Positions 63,068 through 64,000 of a stretch of 64,000 nt of DNA are shown here, piece by piece; the stretch's first letter is position 1; each line of letters opens with the position of its first letter. The position numbers were made by a program, and so were the translations under genes. Source of the DNA: Botryllus schlosseri (Eukaryota); NCBI GenBank assembly GCA_051294905.1, contig CM119372.1, forward strand, positions 8,494,001 to 8,558,000, given 5' to 3'. The notes below the pieces were generated by a model, which made no database searches, was not told where the DNA came from, and was given only the letters and a program-made list of their open reading frames with translations.

Positions 63068-64000
63068 ATGCTGTCAGAAGATCATGCCGTATTTGAAGCG
63101 CCGTTCAGAACTGCTCGTATCGGAACGATGAAAGTATCCAGTAACGGGGAATCGAGTCCCATAAGATTCAATGAACAGTCTATGAAATTCACTGTGAAGG
63201 TGACACGCGATAAAAAAACGGAAAATATAAAAATCAAGATACCATCGGACCAGCTTGCAGTAGTGAAATCTTACTTCGGTCGGGGTTGTCCGATGCTATG
63301 CGTCTCAACTACACCAGAATATGCTGCCGTATTGCGTGATCTGTTAGGGATGCGTAAAGCTCCTGTTCCATCGCCGTACTATGATCCACAATCGAAAATA
63401 CAAGCTGAGTCGATTATTGTTGTAGTACTGGACTACGATCCAATTCCTTACACCGTCACATTCTACTTCAAAAAGGTGCTGTTACGACTTTGCAAAGATA
63501 GAAACATCGAGGAAAAGAAGTTGTTCTCGTCGCTGAATCACGATCAGGCAAACAGTCTTCTAGTTGATGTATCAGATATTTGTGACAGATTAGAATATCT
63601 CAAGAATTTGCAATCGCCAAGAAGCAAGTTATTCGGGATTTTGCAACAAAGCTCTAGCATCCCGCCAAAGAACGATGTGGAAAAACGTGGAAAAAAGCCA
63701 AAACCTCGTGAAATCATTTTGAATGACATCACACCCGAACAATCGCCAACAAAATCTTCCTCTTCAAAGGCCAAGAACCGTGCCCGGAAGACATTACCGG
63801 AAAATAGCAGCAGCGGTGTTCCGTTGCATGAAATAATTGAGAAAGCCAAGCACTGCAATCAACAGCCAACAAATAAGGCTGTAGCTTCTGGTAGCGATGG
63901 CCTACCGACTTTTAAGAGAAAACCGGGCAGGCCCAAAATTCAAAAACGCGCAAAGGCCCAAAAAGAGTACAGGACTTCCCATGACACAACACCAGTTGTG
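63068..64000 (+). CDS. 5' part of a gene (311 codons, open at the window edge): SENP6/7-like PH-type domain, then a low-complexity region with an AT-hook-like motif
   Basis: Manually translated with no stop to 64000: FRTARIGTMKV...PIRF...PMLCVSTTPEYAAVLRDLLGM...YYDPQS...IIVVVL...FSSLNHDQANSLLV, resembling the SENP6 CRSVRVGT...FAKIPFEEANGRLV region; KRKPGRPK at 63914-63937. Confidence 0.6.
   Translation, partial: MLSEDHAVFEAPFRTARIGTMKVSSNGESSPIRFNEQSMKFTVKVTRDKKTENIKIKIPSDQLAVVKSYFGRGCPMLCVSTTPEYAAVLRDLLGMRKAPVPSPYYDPQSKIQAESIIVVVLDYDPIPYTVTFYFKKVLLRLCKDRNIEEKKLFSSLNHDQANSLLVDVSDICDRLEYLKNLQSPRSKLFGILQQSSSIPPKNDVEKRGKKPKPREIILNDITPEQSPTKSSSSKAKNRARKTLPENSSSGVPLHEIIEKAKHCNQQPTNKAVASGSDGLPTFKRKPGRPKIQKRAKAQKEYRTSHDTTPVV

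Noticed and set aside
63544-63858. 104-aa minus-strand ORF
   Set aside because: Antisense shadow of the 63068->64000 ORF

Overview
Eukaryotic, AT-rich, MITE-dense window, most likely from an ascidian tunicate. That assignment is inferred from the gene content, many 55-66 bp GT-AG introns and splice acceptors just upstream of ATGs. Genes: (1) a complete 7-exon Tbx1/10 gene on + (2320-29287, about 726 aa); (2) a single-exon class I SAM methyltransferase (+, 35701-36561); (3) a tight minus-strand trio TRMT10C - TIPIN - CDAN1, where CDAN1 is reconstructed as 18 phase-consistent coding exons (about 1156 aa); (4) an ORF absent from the ORF track that runs off the right edge (63068->64000) and resembles the SENP6/7 PH-like domain. 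Mobile DNA: many hAT MITEs with 8-bp TSDs, a decayed Chapaev3-like element, Kolobok-like and pogo-like MITEs, tRNA-derived SINEs, and a 3.3-kb Mutator/Phantom-like foldback element with a 10-bp TSD carrying a spliced, decayed Ulp1 protease-PHD gene. Best novelty candidate: a dispersed repeat of about 175 bp (4 copies) carrying a minimal type I hammerhead ribozyme with a predicted 6-bp pseudoknot. The two copies with intact catalytic cores lie sense inside introns of Tbx1/10 and CDAN1. All homology calls come from recalled protein and RNA motifs; no database search was run.
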